Assembly: GCF_964194025.1 (NCBI RefSeq)
Contig: NC_134471.1
Location: 25,358,001-25,422,000 of the forward strand
Reading direction: 5' to 3'
From: Convolutriloba macropyga
Taxonomy: Eukaryota
Length of the DNA: 64,000 bases
The notes beneath the pieces are model-generated. The model was not told where the DNA came from, searched no databases, and saw only the letters and a program-made list of their open reading frames with translations. The position numbers and the translations under genes are program-made. Of the stretch, positions 1-11,239 are shown in pieces (position 1 is the first letter of the stretch; each line of letters opens with the position of its first letter).

Positions 1-2185
1 CGCGAAGAATGGTTTATTTCCTTCCGATTTTTTTTCTGGTCTGTTTTTTAGATTTGGCCACGAGTAATGTAACTTGTTTGCGTGTGTGTGTTTGCGTGTG
101 TGAGTCTTTGAGACGTTGAAATTTAACTGAAATTAATTTATTACATCGAGTTTAACCACTGAGCCACTGAGTTGCCTGAATGCAATACTGAATGTTTTTT
201 TGCAAAAAAAATGAGGGAATAAAGAACAAAGGTAAAAATCAAAAACGAAAGAAATGAGGAATGGAAGAAAAGGAATCAAATCCAAATTTTGTACCCAAGC
301 TTATACTGCATTCTCTTTGCCCCTACTCTGGCTTAAACCCATGCTCCTTGCTTCAGTCATAGGTCTTTCAAAGTTCGCCTTTCATCTAATAAAATCGATA
401 GTAGTTAGATAAGGAATTGAATGCAGAAATAAAAAATGAAAGAATAAAGAATGAACTTAAATATATAAAGACGAAAGTATGAAACACAGACTGACAAATG
501 CCGGAAGAATTGCTCTTGATCGACAGGCGAGGCAACTTTATTCAAGGTCTTTAGTCTAAATCAATTTCTTTATGGGTGCAGAAACTTTTGCCGCAAACGG
601 GATTCGAACTACTGACCTCTCGACCCATGGCCATCCGCACTAGTTACTGCGCTACGAGTCTTTTAATTTTGCTATGCTGCAACCAATTTTATATTAACTT
701 CGGAGCACTAGAGATCAAAAATTATGAACGAAAGCGTGAAAAAAAACACTTAAGCGTTTTTTCACGAAAGCGTGAAAAAACACGTTAAAAATAATTGCTA
801 TGAATTTTGTTCAAGAGCAGTTATAACAAAACGGAAAGAAATGAGGAACTGAGGAGACAAACTAATCCGAAAATTTCAAACCTGGTAGAATATGCATCCT
901 GTGCCCACACCCGTGCTTGAACTAGTGACCCTGGCTTTTCAGCCATATGTCGGATCCCTTGAGCCAGCGAATCATGTTTTTGTCTATGAACTGACTACAG
1001 ACAAGTTTTTCGTCAGTATTTTTTGTCTCGCTTGTTTTTGCTCAGCCTGCATTCTAAATGGTCGGACCAAGACCTTAAGCATGATAGTTTAGGCTGTTTG
1101 CTTAAAGATCGTCAGATCAAGAAGATATGAACGCTGCTAACCATTGCGCTAAAGTGCGACTTACCCCAAAATAGTAGATAGTAGATTCTAACTCGAATGC
1201 TATGCCACTATGTTAAAGCTATCTTCACGTGTCTGAACGGTCCTTGAACATACAGCTTTGCGTAGTACATGTCTTTTGAGACATGCTATGCTTCCATGTT
1301 TAATCTCCTAATCTGCACATGTGTGTTCTGTGGTAGTGGCTTGGTTTCAGCATGCGTGTGAGTGATGCTCATTGTGTGCAGGTTTTTTTCGTGAACGTGA
1401 ATGGGTGTGCGCACTCGCGTGCGTGTGTGTGCCCGTAGGCATTCAATTGACAATTTTGCTCTTCTCGGTTTTGTGATTTTTGCTTTGTTTTCGAACGTTC
1501 GGTTAGTTTTCAAACTTGAACGCATACATCTATGTGACTGTGTGCCTGTTAGAGCGTGTGTGGTTTTGACCTTAAGCTGAGGACATTAATCTGACGTTAA
1601 CCATGGCATAAGTTACAACAACCCGAATCAAGACTTTGATTCTATCTTTATATGTGTGTGCGTACTTGTTTGCGTGGGTCTTTGCGTGTGTAAGACCTTG
1701 AGACATTGACATTTAACTGAAGTTCTTTTGTTACCACTGAGTTTAACCACTGAGCCACTGAGTCGCCTGAGTACAAAACTGATTGTTGTTTGCAGAAAAA
1801 CTGAGGACATAAAGAACAAAGGTAAAAATAACGAAAAAAAACGAAAATGAGGAATGGAAGAAAAGGAATCAAATCCAAATTTTGTACCCCAGCTTATACT
1901 GCATACTTTTTGCCCCTACTCGGGCTTAAACCCATGCCCCTTACTTCAGTCATAGGTCTTTCAAAGTTTGACTTTCATCTAATAAAACCGATAGTAGATA
2001 GATATGGAATGAAATGCAAAAAAATGAAAGAATACAGAAAGAACAAATATAGATAACGATCAGAGAACAAGAAGTTGAGACATAGACTGACATTGTTGGG
2101 AGAATTGCTCTTGATCGACAGGCGAAGCAACTTAATTCAAGGTCTTTAGTCTAGATCAATTTTTTTTTATCGATGCGAAAACATT

Positions 2186-2256
2186 TGCACCCAACGGGAT
2201 TCGAACCACTGTCTTCTCGATCCATGGCCACCCCCACTATTCACTGCGCTACGAGT
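2186..2256 (-). pseudogene. Degenerate tRNA-like module (tRNA pseudogene or SINE head); paralog at ~590-660
   Basis: Minus strand reads GACTCGTAGCGCAGTGAATAG...GGTTCGAATCCCG, with A-box and B-box at tRNA spacing; acceptor stem does not pair. Confidence 0.6.
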
Positions 2257-2542
2257 CACTTAATTTTGCCATGGTGCAACCGATTTTATATTAGCAACTT
2301 CGGAGCACTGAAGATCAAGCAAAAATTATGAACGAAAGCGTGAGCGAAAGTCACTTAAGTAAAAAATGTTTGACAAAGCGCAAAATTGTCAAGCAAAAAA
2401 TTTGCATAAAAAAGCACACGTTTAAAATAATTGCTATGAACTTTGTTCACAAGCAATTATAACGAAAAGGAAAGAAATGAGGAACTGAGGAGACAAGACA
2501 AACAAATCAAAATTCAAACCTGGTAGAATATGCATCCTGTTC

Positions 2543-2612
2543 CGCCGACACGCGGGCTTGAACTAGTGACCCTGGCTTTTCAACCATATGTCTGATCCCT
2601 TGAGCCAGTGAC
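2543..2612 (-). pseudogene. Degenerate tRNA-like module (Phe-like loop); paralog at ~900-970
   Basis: Minus strand TGGCTCAAGGGA...TGGTTGAAAAGCCAGGGTCACTAGTTCAAGCCC. Confidence 0.5.
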
Positions 2613-4605
2613 CCCTTTTGGTCTGAACTGACAAAAATTTTTGCCTTTTTTGTCGCTTGTTTTTGAGCCTGCTTTCTTAATGGTCGGACCAGGAGCTTAA
2701 GCATGATAGTATAGGCTGTTTGCTGAAGGATTGTCAGATCCTTCACTTGATCTGACAATCCTTAAAGTGCGACTTACCCTAAAATAGTAGATAGATTTTG
2801 ACTCGAATGCTACGCCTTTATGTTAAAGCTATCTTCACGTGTCTGAACGGTCCTTGAACATGCAGCTTAGCGTAGTACATGTCTTTTGAGACAAGCTATG
2901 CTTCCATGTTTAATCTCCTAATCTGCACATGTGTGTTCTGTGGTAGTGGCTTGGTTTCAGCATGCGTGTGAGTGATGCTCATTGTTTGCGTGTTTTTTTC
3001 GTGAACGTGAATGGGTGTGCGCACTCGCGTGCGTGTGTGTGCCCGTAGGCATTCAATTGACAATTTTGCTCTTCTCGGTTTTGTGATGTTTGCTTTTCGA
3101 ACGTTCGGTTAGTTTTCAAACTTGAACGCATACATCTGTGACTGTATGTGCCTGTTAGAGCGTGTGTGCTTGACCTTAGCTGAGGAGATTAATCTGACGT
3201 TGACCATGGCATGAGTTACAACTACCCGAATCAAGTCATTGCTTCTATCTTTTTGTATGTATGTTTGTGCGTACTTGTTTGCGTGTGTCTGCGTGTGTGA
3301 GACATTGAGACGTTGACATTTAACTCAAGTTACTTAATACTTCGAGTTTAACCACTGAGCCACAGAGTTGCCTTAATGCATACTGATTGTTCTTTATACA
3401 TATCATTCCAAATGCAATGATTTTTGCCCATCCAAGACCTTTGTACGCCTAATTCCTTTGCTAAAAATAGGCTTCCGTTTGGAGACTGTTTTTGAGATGA
3501 CTGCTTTACCAATAAAAGGACTGCAGCAAAGCTATATAGCTTGAAATCAATAAATTTGAGCAACAATTTATAGTTGCTATTGAACGGTTGCAGATGGCGT
3601 TAAGTTATTCTGTCAGTCAGTCCGACTGAAAATTAGAAGTTAGCGCGGCGTTGAGAAATTACCCTGAGATGAATAGATTGAGGGCAACTGCCAAAAAGAC
3701 AATGCAGGAGTTAAAATTCCTGCAGTTGATGTTCAATGGCGCCGCAGTAACTTCTATCAGTCTGGATCTGGATCGCGATAACTGTTACCAAAGCGTTGCT
3801 CAAGATGGACGAGGAGAGGTCATGGCGGGCAATGTTGGTTCTTCAGAAAAAAGGCTGGCAATGAAAAGAGAAGCAAGAGACAGACAATCCGTCTTGAAAA
3901 GTGTGAACGTTCATTAAACTTCCACCCGATGGATACAAAAAACTTACTGATCTGTTTTAGTTTCGGTCAATATGGAGAAAATGGAGAAGCATGCACGCTC
4001 GTCTATACACGCTCGTCTCCACTCAAAAAGCGACGAGCATGTTTAGTGTCAGGTTCCAATGAATGTCAGACCTTCAACAGTCAGTTACTTCTCGCTTAAC
4101 TTCTGACAGATGGCTCCATGTGAATGCTGCTCGAATTATGGTAAATTAATTCCTTCTGACTTATTGATCTGGTTTTTTCAGTTTCGGCCACGAAGATAAA
4201 GACATGGCAAGAAAAGACTTGAGTGGATCGAATCAATTTCGGACGATGAACTCAATAGCACGAAATTTGTTACCGTGGCGAGCCAGACCGTTTAGGAACC
4301 TTTGGCGACAATTCTGGCGTCCTTTGATGTTGGGATAGGAGAAATTGTATAACTTTGCTGCAAAACCTATTTTTACAAGTGCAAGATATGATGCAAATGA
4401 GAAACTGGAGTCCTCTTAATAAAATTTTGCCTTTTTGAATTTAAAATCGATAGATAGATGGATGCTAATTAAATGAGAGGGAGACAATGAAATGCAGAAA
4501 GAATAAGGGAATAAAGAAAGAACAAAGACATAACGAATAAAACGAGAGAAGAACGGAAGGACCAAATGAAATTTTTGTACCCCAGCACCTTCGGCACACT
4601 TTTTT

Positions 4606-4677
4606 GCTCCTACTTGGGCTTGAACCCATACCTCTCGCTTCGCAGTCAGAAGTCCAATCCCTTGCGCTACCGACTCC
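4606..4677 (-). pseudogene. Degenerate tRNA-like module (Arg-like)
   Basis: Minus strand GGTAGCGCAAGGGATTGG..TCTGACTGCGAAG..GGGTTCAAGCCC; A/B boxes present, stems imperfect. Confidence 0.55.
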
Positions 4678-5044
4678 TGTTGCTTTTGTCTATTCAGCTG
4701 ACTTCATAGGCAAATTTTAGGTCATTGGCTTATTCCCCCGCTTGTTTTTGCTGAGCTGCATTTTTAATGATCACCATAAGAGGAGCTCAAGCATAGTGAC
4801 GTAGTCTGCATGTTTAAGAATCGATAATACATGAAGATAGGAGCGCTGTTAACCATTGCGCTCATGTGCCACTTACATTTAATATATCAGATAAGAGGTA
4901 GCTTACCATTTTCAATCCCCACTGGGGAACACTTTGGGGAAATTAAACGGACTCGCGTCGCTCTCAAATGCGAGGCAAAGAATTGCTCTCAAATGCAAGG
5001 CATTGTGTTTCGACAAGAAATTTTTTGTCTATAAAAGGGAAGGT

Positions 5045-5118
5045 ATCCTGACACAGGCTCAAACCCTCGTTCCTCAGAGAAGCAGTCCTCCATCTTACCA
5101 ACTGCACTATGACCAGCC
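5045..5118 (-). pseudogene. Degenerate tRNA-like module
   Basis: Minus strand TAGTGCAGTTGGTAAG...GGGTTTGAGCC. Confidence 0.4.
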
Positions 5119-6081
5119 ACCACACAATACTTTCTCATTGCTTTTTTTTCCAATAAACGTATTTCAGATGAGAGAATTTGAGATCAAGCAAAAATCAAAT
5201 AAGTGTGAAAAACTTAGTTGAAAGCTAAGAGTTTTCTAGAATAATGCAGAATCTTTTAATACCAGAACTTCGCTAAAAACACGCTTACAGTAAATACTTC
5301 AAACTTCGTTCGGGGGCAATAAAAGACACGTAGTACCCAGGATAGTAAATCCTCCCTCTGGGCGAATATACTCTTAGCCCTCATGGCCTCGTGGTAACTG
5401 ACTGAGTCTTTTGTCCCACGTTCGGTTCTCACCCATCTACTTAGAGCCTTTTAGGTCATTGACATCTCTGGCTATCTTCACTTAACCGTGCTGTTCAATG
5501 CGGTTCTTAAACATGCGCTTCGAGAAGCTCCTTAAACATGCAAAAATTTTATCCCAATTTAGAGCTCACGCGTTTAGTGTACAGGAAGGATTTCAAGACT
5601 CAACCCTCATTATGTTTGCAATTCAAATCAGCTTTTTGGTTAATGGGCAGCAATGTTCCGCAATTGAAACTGGCCATAAGTCAAGTAGGTTGTAACCTTT
5701 TATAGCTTGTGTTGTAACTTTTTTATGGGTTGTAACTTTTTGTTTGTAAGAACTTTCTACTCGATGTTAACATAGTGCTTAAGCTTTCCGAATTTGTAGT
5801 AGGCGTGCTATTTTGCACTGCACCATCACATGGCACGATTCAAAGCAACCAAATCGAGTGATTGCTTTGATTTTTGTAGTTTACCAGCTCAATTGAGACA
5901 TGGTTTTGCGGTTCACTTTTGGAAGGCAATATTAGTCCAAAAAATAAGGATTAACAACCCCCGTTGATTCCGAGCGAGCGGTCTTTCATTGTTTGCATCG
6001 ATTTCTTTGCGTTTAAAACCGACAAGTCTCTTAATGACTGTACAATTGTTGTAGATGTATGTATATATGCGTTGTACTCAC

Positions 6082-8551
6082 GGAAGCATCCTACATGGTG
6101 GTTGCATTTGTTGGGTTTACAGACAGCTGCAGGGTGTTCGTAGCACTTGAGATTCTCACACACACTCTCGCAACCCTCCAACTCCTTCTCCCCATTCCGA
6201 CAGTATCCCTCTGAACATAAGGAGTCCGGTTTACACATTGGGTATTTGGGTAGTTTTAAAAAGCAGAATTACGTACCCAGCTCTTTCAATGGTTATAGGG
6301 CGTGATCTCCCCTCTTCTAGTATATAAACTTTCCGAGAACATCAAGCTAACCTCACAATTTTGAAATTAAAGAATTTGCGTCATATATTTCAGAGTTCGC
6401 AAAAAACTTCAAAAAATTTCAGAGTTCGCAGCAACATCCATGTTCTACCGACCTTTCAACTTGCACTGGTAGTAGACTTCTAGAAACTTGACTCCCATTG
6501 GACAGTAGTACTCCAGCTCCAAGAAGTCCCTGGATGCCTCAATCACACAGCTCTGCTTACCTTCACATACATATCGTGCCTGAGAAAGAACACTTGATTT
6601 GAATTTGAATAACTAAATGCAAAAATTAAAACCTTAAAACGTTAGTAGTAGCATCTGTAAATTGAATTGCACTAGCGGAGTGCTTGAGCAACTCAAATGA
6701 CAAATTATGAACATTTTATATCGACAATTTTTTCTAAAGCAATGTTACTTCTACAATTTGCTAACAATTGCCTCAGGTGAAATAAGATATGAAATAGCGA
6801 GGTAAATTCATTGTGTTATATGTAAATTGTAATGGCTACTCCAGTTAATCCAGAAACTAATCGTGTAAATTATGGCTAAAAATTATTTCATTCGTGATCC
6901 CCCTTAGGCGCTGACTTCATTGTTCATCTACGACCTGAGTTCATTGTTCTCATATTTGTATATGCTGGAAGGTTATAGGTTATTAAAATTAAGTTTGAGC
7001 CGTTGCCTAAGATTGTCATGTCAGTTCATTCGAAAGTTGGTCAAAGCAAAGGTATTAGATCGAATGAGTACAAAAGGAAAACAAGAAAATTAGGAAAACA
7101 TGAATCGTTTTCAAATATAGCAAATAAACTAAAAACGAGTTAAAATTTCCAGCACTCTTGACGCCCCAAATTCGATCGCAAAATGTTTTTGATCTTAAAA
7201 CGTGTAGGTTCTGTGCGGCGCTCAGCACCGCGCTGCTTGAGCAAATCAAATCACCGATTGAAAAATTTGCTGACCCTGACCTCTTAGAAGTTTGTCAAGT
7301 TTTGAAAAAGACGCCCACCTGGCCAAGTTGCTGTTGTTATTTATTGTGCACAGAAAATTGTCGTGTAAAGTGACATGAATGAAATGCTTAATATCAAAGT
7401 TGTCTTAATTCTTTCAAATCATGCCAGTCCTTGATATCTTCAAGATTATTACAAGAGCTGATAATCTTAAGAGCTTTAAGGATAAAAGTTTCTGAATTAC
7501 TGGAGTAACCATTGCAATTAGCATATACCACTATGAATTTTCGAATCTTTTACTTGATAAAATGTTATAAAACTCAATTGTTGATAACAAAATCAGTTTG
7601 TGTTACTGCACAGCAGTTCATCCCGCCAACAATTCAATTATAGTCTGTCCCATAAAGTTGAAATAATCGAACGTTCGAAAAGCTCCAAAAACGTGCAATT
7701 GAGCTTACATGTAGTCATTTGAATGTCAACGTGTTTTCCATTAAGATTTCGTTTATCAATTTTTTCTACATGTTTTAAAATTGAACTTTGAACTCTAACC
7801 TGTGGCTTTTGAAACGTTCGCTTAGTTCAACTTTATGGGACGCGCTATATGTCGCCAACATGCAGCTGCTGATAGCAACACAATCAGGTGTCTTTTTCAG
7901 CCAACAAACACCCACAATCGGGTTGTCAGTCTTTGGGTTGCACTATTGACTACCATTATGCATGTGAAAATCAATCACGGATGTCAAATTTGAGTCACAT
8001 AATCATAAAAGCTAAGTTTGGTTTCTACTACTTACTTTTCGCCCAGTGTGAAAGAAGTCTCCGCATGGTGCCAGATGGAGCTGTTCCTCCACACTGCATG
8101 CAGCCACTCTGTCTATGCCATAGAAGGCAGACATTATATGGATACTATGTCCATGGTGACACTGGATCTTCAGATCAAACCCCTCACACGCAAAGCGCAC
8201 CTGGATACGGTCTAAAGCACAAATGTTTGTATTGTGATCTATTCTGAGGGTGTAATAATTATATAACCAATAAGGTTGGGGAGAGGTGATAGATCTGAAA
8301 CTAGGTCGACTCGGAATGGCCCACCCCCTCCAGGTTTTCGGAAGCATGATTTTTGACCGCGCACTGGTTACTCTACTACCACTTCTATGTACCGTACTCG
8401 GGGTAATATTACCATTAGTATTTGACTGATTAGTATTATTATTATCATTATTATTATTATCATCAGTTATCATTATCATTATCAACCACGGTAGCAATCA
8501 CCTCAGCCTCGCTGTAGAGAAGCAGCATTTTTGTCGATTGCTGATCCCTAC
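6082..8551 (-). CDS. SUEL / D-galactoside-L-rhamnose-binding lectin domain protein followed by a Cys-rich module; exons 8551-8502 (tentative), 8243-8036, 6579-6453, 6210-6082; 3' exons not located
   Basis: Spliced translation ACEGFDLKIQCHHGHSIHIMSAFYG...CGDFFHTGRK|ARYVCEGKQSCVIEASRDF...CPMGVKFLEVYYQC fits the SUEL cysteine pattern; GT-AG junctions with matching phases (2,0,1). Confidence 0.75.
7641..7847. mobile_element. Tc1/mariner-type MITE in a lectin intron
   Basis: TIRs TAGTCTGTCCCATAAAGTTGAA / TTCAACTTTATGGGACGCGCTA, flanked by TA on both sides. Confidence 0.75.
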
Positions 8552-8812
8552 CTGTAAATTTTTTATATACGGTGGTCCCCGTGACAACTTTAAAAATTGT
8601 TTTCGACTGGATATAATTACAAAATCACATCATTTTTCAAGCATTTCAAGTATCATTCGAGCTTTAAGCATTTTTCAAGCATCGTTGACAGTTCTTTATT
8701 TGAAACAGCTCGCTCTCCTCCCCCCGTTAATATTTTTCCCTAATTAACAACTAAGCAACACTCTTTAAAAGTATACGCCAGGGAAATCACTAAGGTCATG
8801 GACCCCCATCAA

Positions 8813-9209
8813 GATTTCTAACCAAATCTACTTAGAGGGAAAAATCTACTTATTAGAGGGAAAAATCTACTAATTAGAGGGAAAAATCTACTAATTAGAG
8901 GGAAAAATCTAATTAGAGGGAAAAATCTACTTATTAGAGGGAAAAATCTACTTATTAGAGGGATAAATCTACTTATTAGAGGGAAAAATCTACTTATTAG
9001 AGGGATAAATCTACTTATTAGAGGGAAAAATCTACTTATTAGAGGGAAAAATCTACTTATTAGAGGGAAAAATCTACTTATTAGAGGGATAAATCTACTT
9101 ATTAGAGGGATAGATCATGGCCATCTGAAAATTATGTTTAGAGGTTTTCAAGCGTTTGACGGGTTTTCTACCCCTCTAATAAGTTCATTTTTAACGTTGG
9201 TTAGAAATC
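8813..9209. mobile_element. Foldback-like element with 13-bp TIRs and an internal minisatellite
   Basis: GATTTCTAACCAA (8813-8825) and TTGGTTAGAAATC (9197-9209) are exact inverted repeats. Confidence 0.6.
8824..9110 (+). repeat. Minisatellite, ~14 copies of ~21-bp AAAATCTACTTATTAGAGGGA
   Basis: Head-to-tail repeats, no unique spacers. Confidence 0.95.
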
Positions 9210-9273
9210 AGATAGCCATAATCCGCCGACCATGGGGAAGATAATGCAGTTCCCACTGCACTGTCTGTCTTAT

Positions 9274-9501
9274 TCAACAGAAATTTGCGGTCCAAATATT
9301 TCTCCAATCCTCACCTCGATCAGTTTTGATTGGATCATGCAAATACACTTTCTGATCATTCTTCGCTCGTTCCGAATCGGCTGGATCTTCATGGTCATTC
9401 TCGGATCCCGGTCGACTTGTCTCTCGTATTTGCCCGTCACCTTTATTGGGCAAACTTGCCCAAATTATAAATAAAACTATCCAATGAGCGCAGCCTCTCA
9501 T
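9274..9501 (-). CDS. Signal-peptide-like ORF, possible first exon of the lectin gene
   Basis: MRGCAHWIVLFIIWASLP has a short basic/hydrophobic N-terminus and lies upstream on the same strand; I could not find a strong phase-compatible donor. Confidence 0.35.
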   Translation of the reverse strand: MRGCAHWIVLFIIWASLPNKGDGQIRETSRPGSENDHEDPADSERAKNDQKVYLHDPIKTDRGEDWRNIWTANFC

Positions 9502-10149
9502 GTTTGAATGTCCTGTTTGAACGAAATCTCCTTAAATTCTACGATATTTTGCGATATTTTAGTAGCTCCTGTTGTAAATACCGTTGGTTCACAGGAAACA
9601 AAGTTCGAATTCCAAGATCTTTGGTATCGATAATTTATCACAACTTTTGCAAGGTCTTACTTTGTTAACGCCTGATGTCTTAGTTTTGTTAGCAATTTTG
9701 TCAAAAAAGTGAACAACTCGAGCAAAAAACCATAATTATCATTGTTTCGAGGCACACTATTCCACAATTGAGCGTTTTCAAAAATGACCTTGATTAATTG
9801 ACCTTTTTGAACTTTTTGTTCATTTTTACTGCAGGTCTATAGACGTTCCAACATTACATACACGTTACTGATTTGAGCCATCTTAACTTCAAAAGAGCAA
9901 CGATTTTGAATCTTTGTCTGGCGTTCAGAAACTGAGTTCGGGTTTCACGAATTCAAACCAAGCAGGCTTTCAGTGTTGGATGCGTAGGTGTGGGAGGGTG
10001 TGTGAACAAACATGGGGAGGGGCGAAGACTTGAGTCATTATGAGGAACCCAACTACGACGGTGTGAGCAAGTTAGAAACTTAAGAGAACCCACTCAACTA
10101 TTTCACCCCCATCCCCCCTCCCTGATGTTCAATTGTTTCTGGTGCTCAT

Positions 10150-10470
10150 ACCAGGGGGGTCTAGGAAAAAACCCCACTGAACTTTAGGTAGGAAATAAAC
10201 CCCCCACGGAAATAAACCCCATTGTAAAATTTAATTTTGGTCGTGATAGTTTATTCGGTATAGTGATAGTTTCATATCAAGTCCCACGGGCCGATAAGGC
10301 AAGGCCATGGCCCGCGAGGCATGGACAAACGCGCTAAATGCGCAGCTCTTTAATAGTAAAGTGGGGGTATATTTGCGTGCGGGTTTATTTCTGTGGTGTT
10401 TTTTTTCGTGGGGGGTGTATCTAAAATGAAGTGGGTTTTTTGAATTTTTTTCGCAACCGACCAGGGGGTG
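10150..10470. mobile_element. MITE with modular inverted termini and ~9-bp direct flanks (Mutator-like); second copy ~14928-15221
   Basis: Left arm of AAATAAACCCC-type repeats, right arm of GGGTTTATTT-type repeats; ACCAGGGGG at both ends. Confidence 0.55.
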
Positions 10471-11239
10471 CTACAATAAAAACATGATCTGTTATAGAAA
10501 AATACTCTCAATTAAAACAAATATGAGCAAATACCCACCACCCCAAGGACATTTGCCTAAATTTTCCAACATTTAAGAAACTTTATGTCGCAATTTTTAA
10601 CGACCAATTTAGGATGTTTAGGGCAAAAAGCTCAAACGTGTAAAATTTTAGCACCTCAAAACGATATAAAAAATTTGTTGAGCCCAAAAATTATTGATTG
10701 CTACTGAGATTTAAACTTATCGGCTATCTTTACTTGTCTATAAATGCAATCAAACTTACTTGCAATCAAATTGGATCAGATTTAACTCTTAGTAGATCTG
10801 TAAAACAAGATTAAAATGATTTTTTGTTAGACATAATTTAAAGGCGTATAACTATAGGTTGACAAAAATGTGTAAACATCTTAGCAATTCATTTTTTGAA
10901 GCCTCCTAAGTAATTTTTCTATTTCATCAAAAATGAATACTTTCCTAAAATTCATCGGGTATATGGCAAGCTATCGTAAACACGCGCCAGATCAATGATG
11001 ATATTTTTCCAAATTAAAGTCACTTAAATTTCACCTTGGGAGTTCACCTCGGGAGTGATGACCAGTTTCTGTGCAGTTTCTATAGTTACATAGATAGAAT
11101 TTGAAATGCTTTCAATATTTGTGGTACGGAAAATGGGAAATTACAAAAACCTTGAAGCAAATTGCAAATTAGTGGATTGAGTTCTTAAGTCAAACAGTTA
11201 CAACAGTTTTGAACACTAAGAATATTAGACAAGACTTTC

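Larger units (their letters stand above)
70..3395. repeat. Tandem duplication of a ~1.6-kb unit (two full copies plus a partial third); diverged, rearranged relatives at ~4440-4880 and ~5470-5520
   Basis: GAGTTTAACCACTGAGCCAC recurs at ~148, ~1739 and ~3344; GAGGAATGGAAGAAAAGGAATCAAATCC at 256 and 1849; 1283-1620 matches 2894-3230. Confidence 0.9.

Noticed and set aside
3600-4330. GC-richer segment with an 88-aa ORF
   Set aside because: No recognisable domain or splice pattern; could be a decayed element but cannot be assigned
590-5118. Functional tRNA genes
   Set aside because: A/B boxes are visible but acceptor and anticodon stems do not pair; reported as degenerate modules only
8244-8497. 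Asn-rich N-terminus of ORF 8012-8497
   Set aside because: An (AAT)n tract between a plausible donor (8501) and acceptor (8244); more likely intronic
8824-9110. CRISPR-like array
   Set aside because: Repeats are head-to-tail with no unique spacers, there are no cas genes, and the context is eukaryotic; it is a minisatellite
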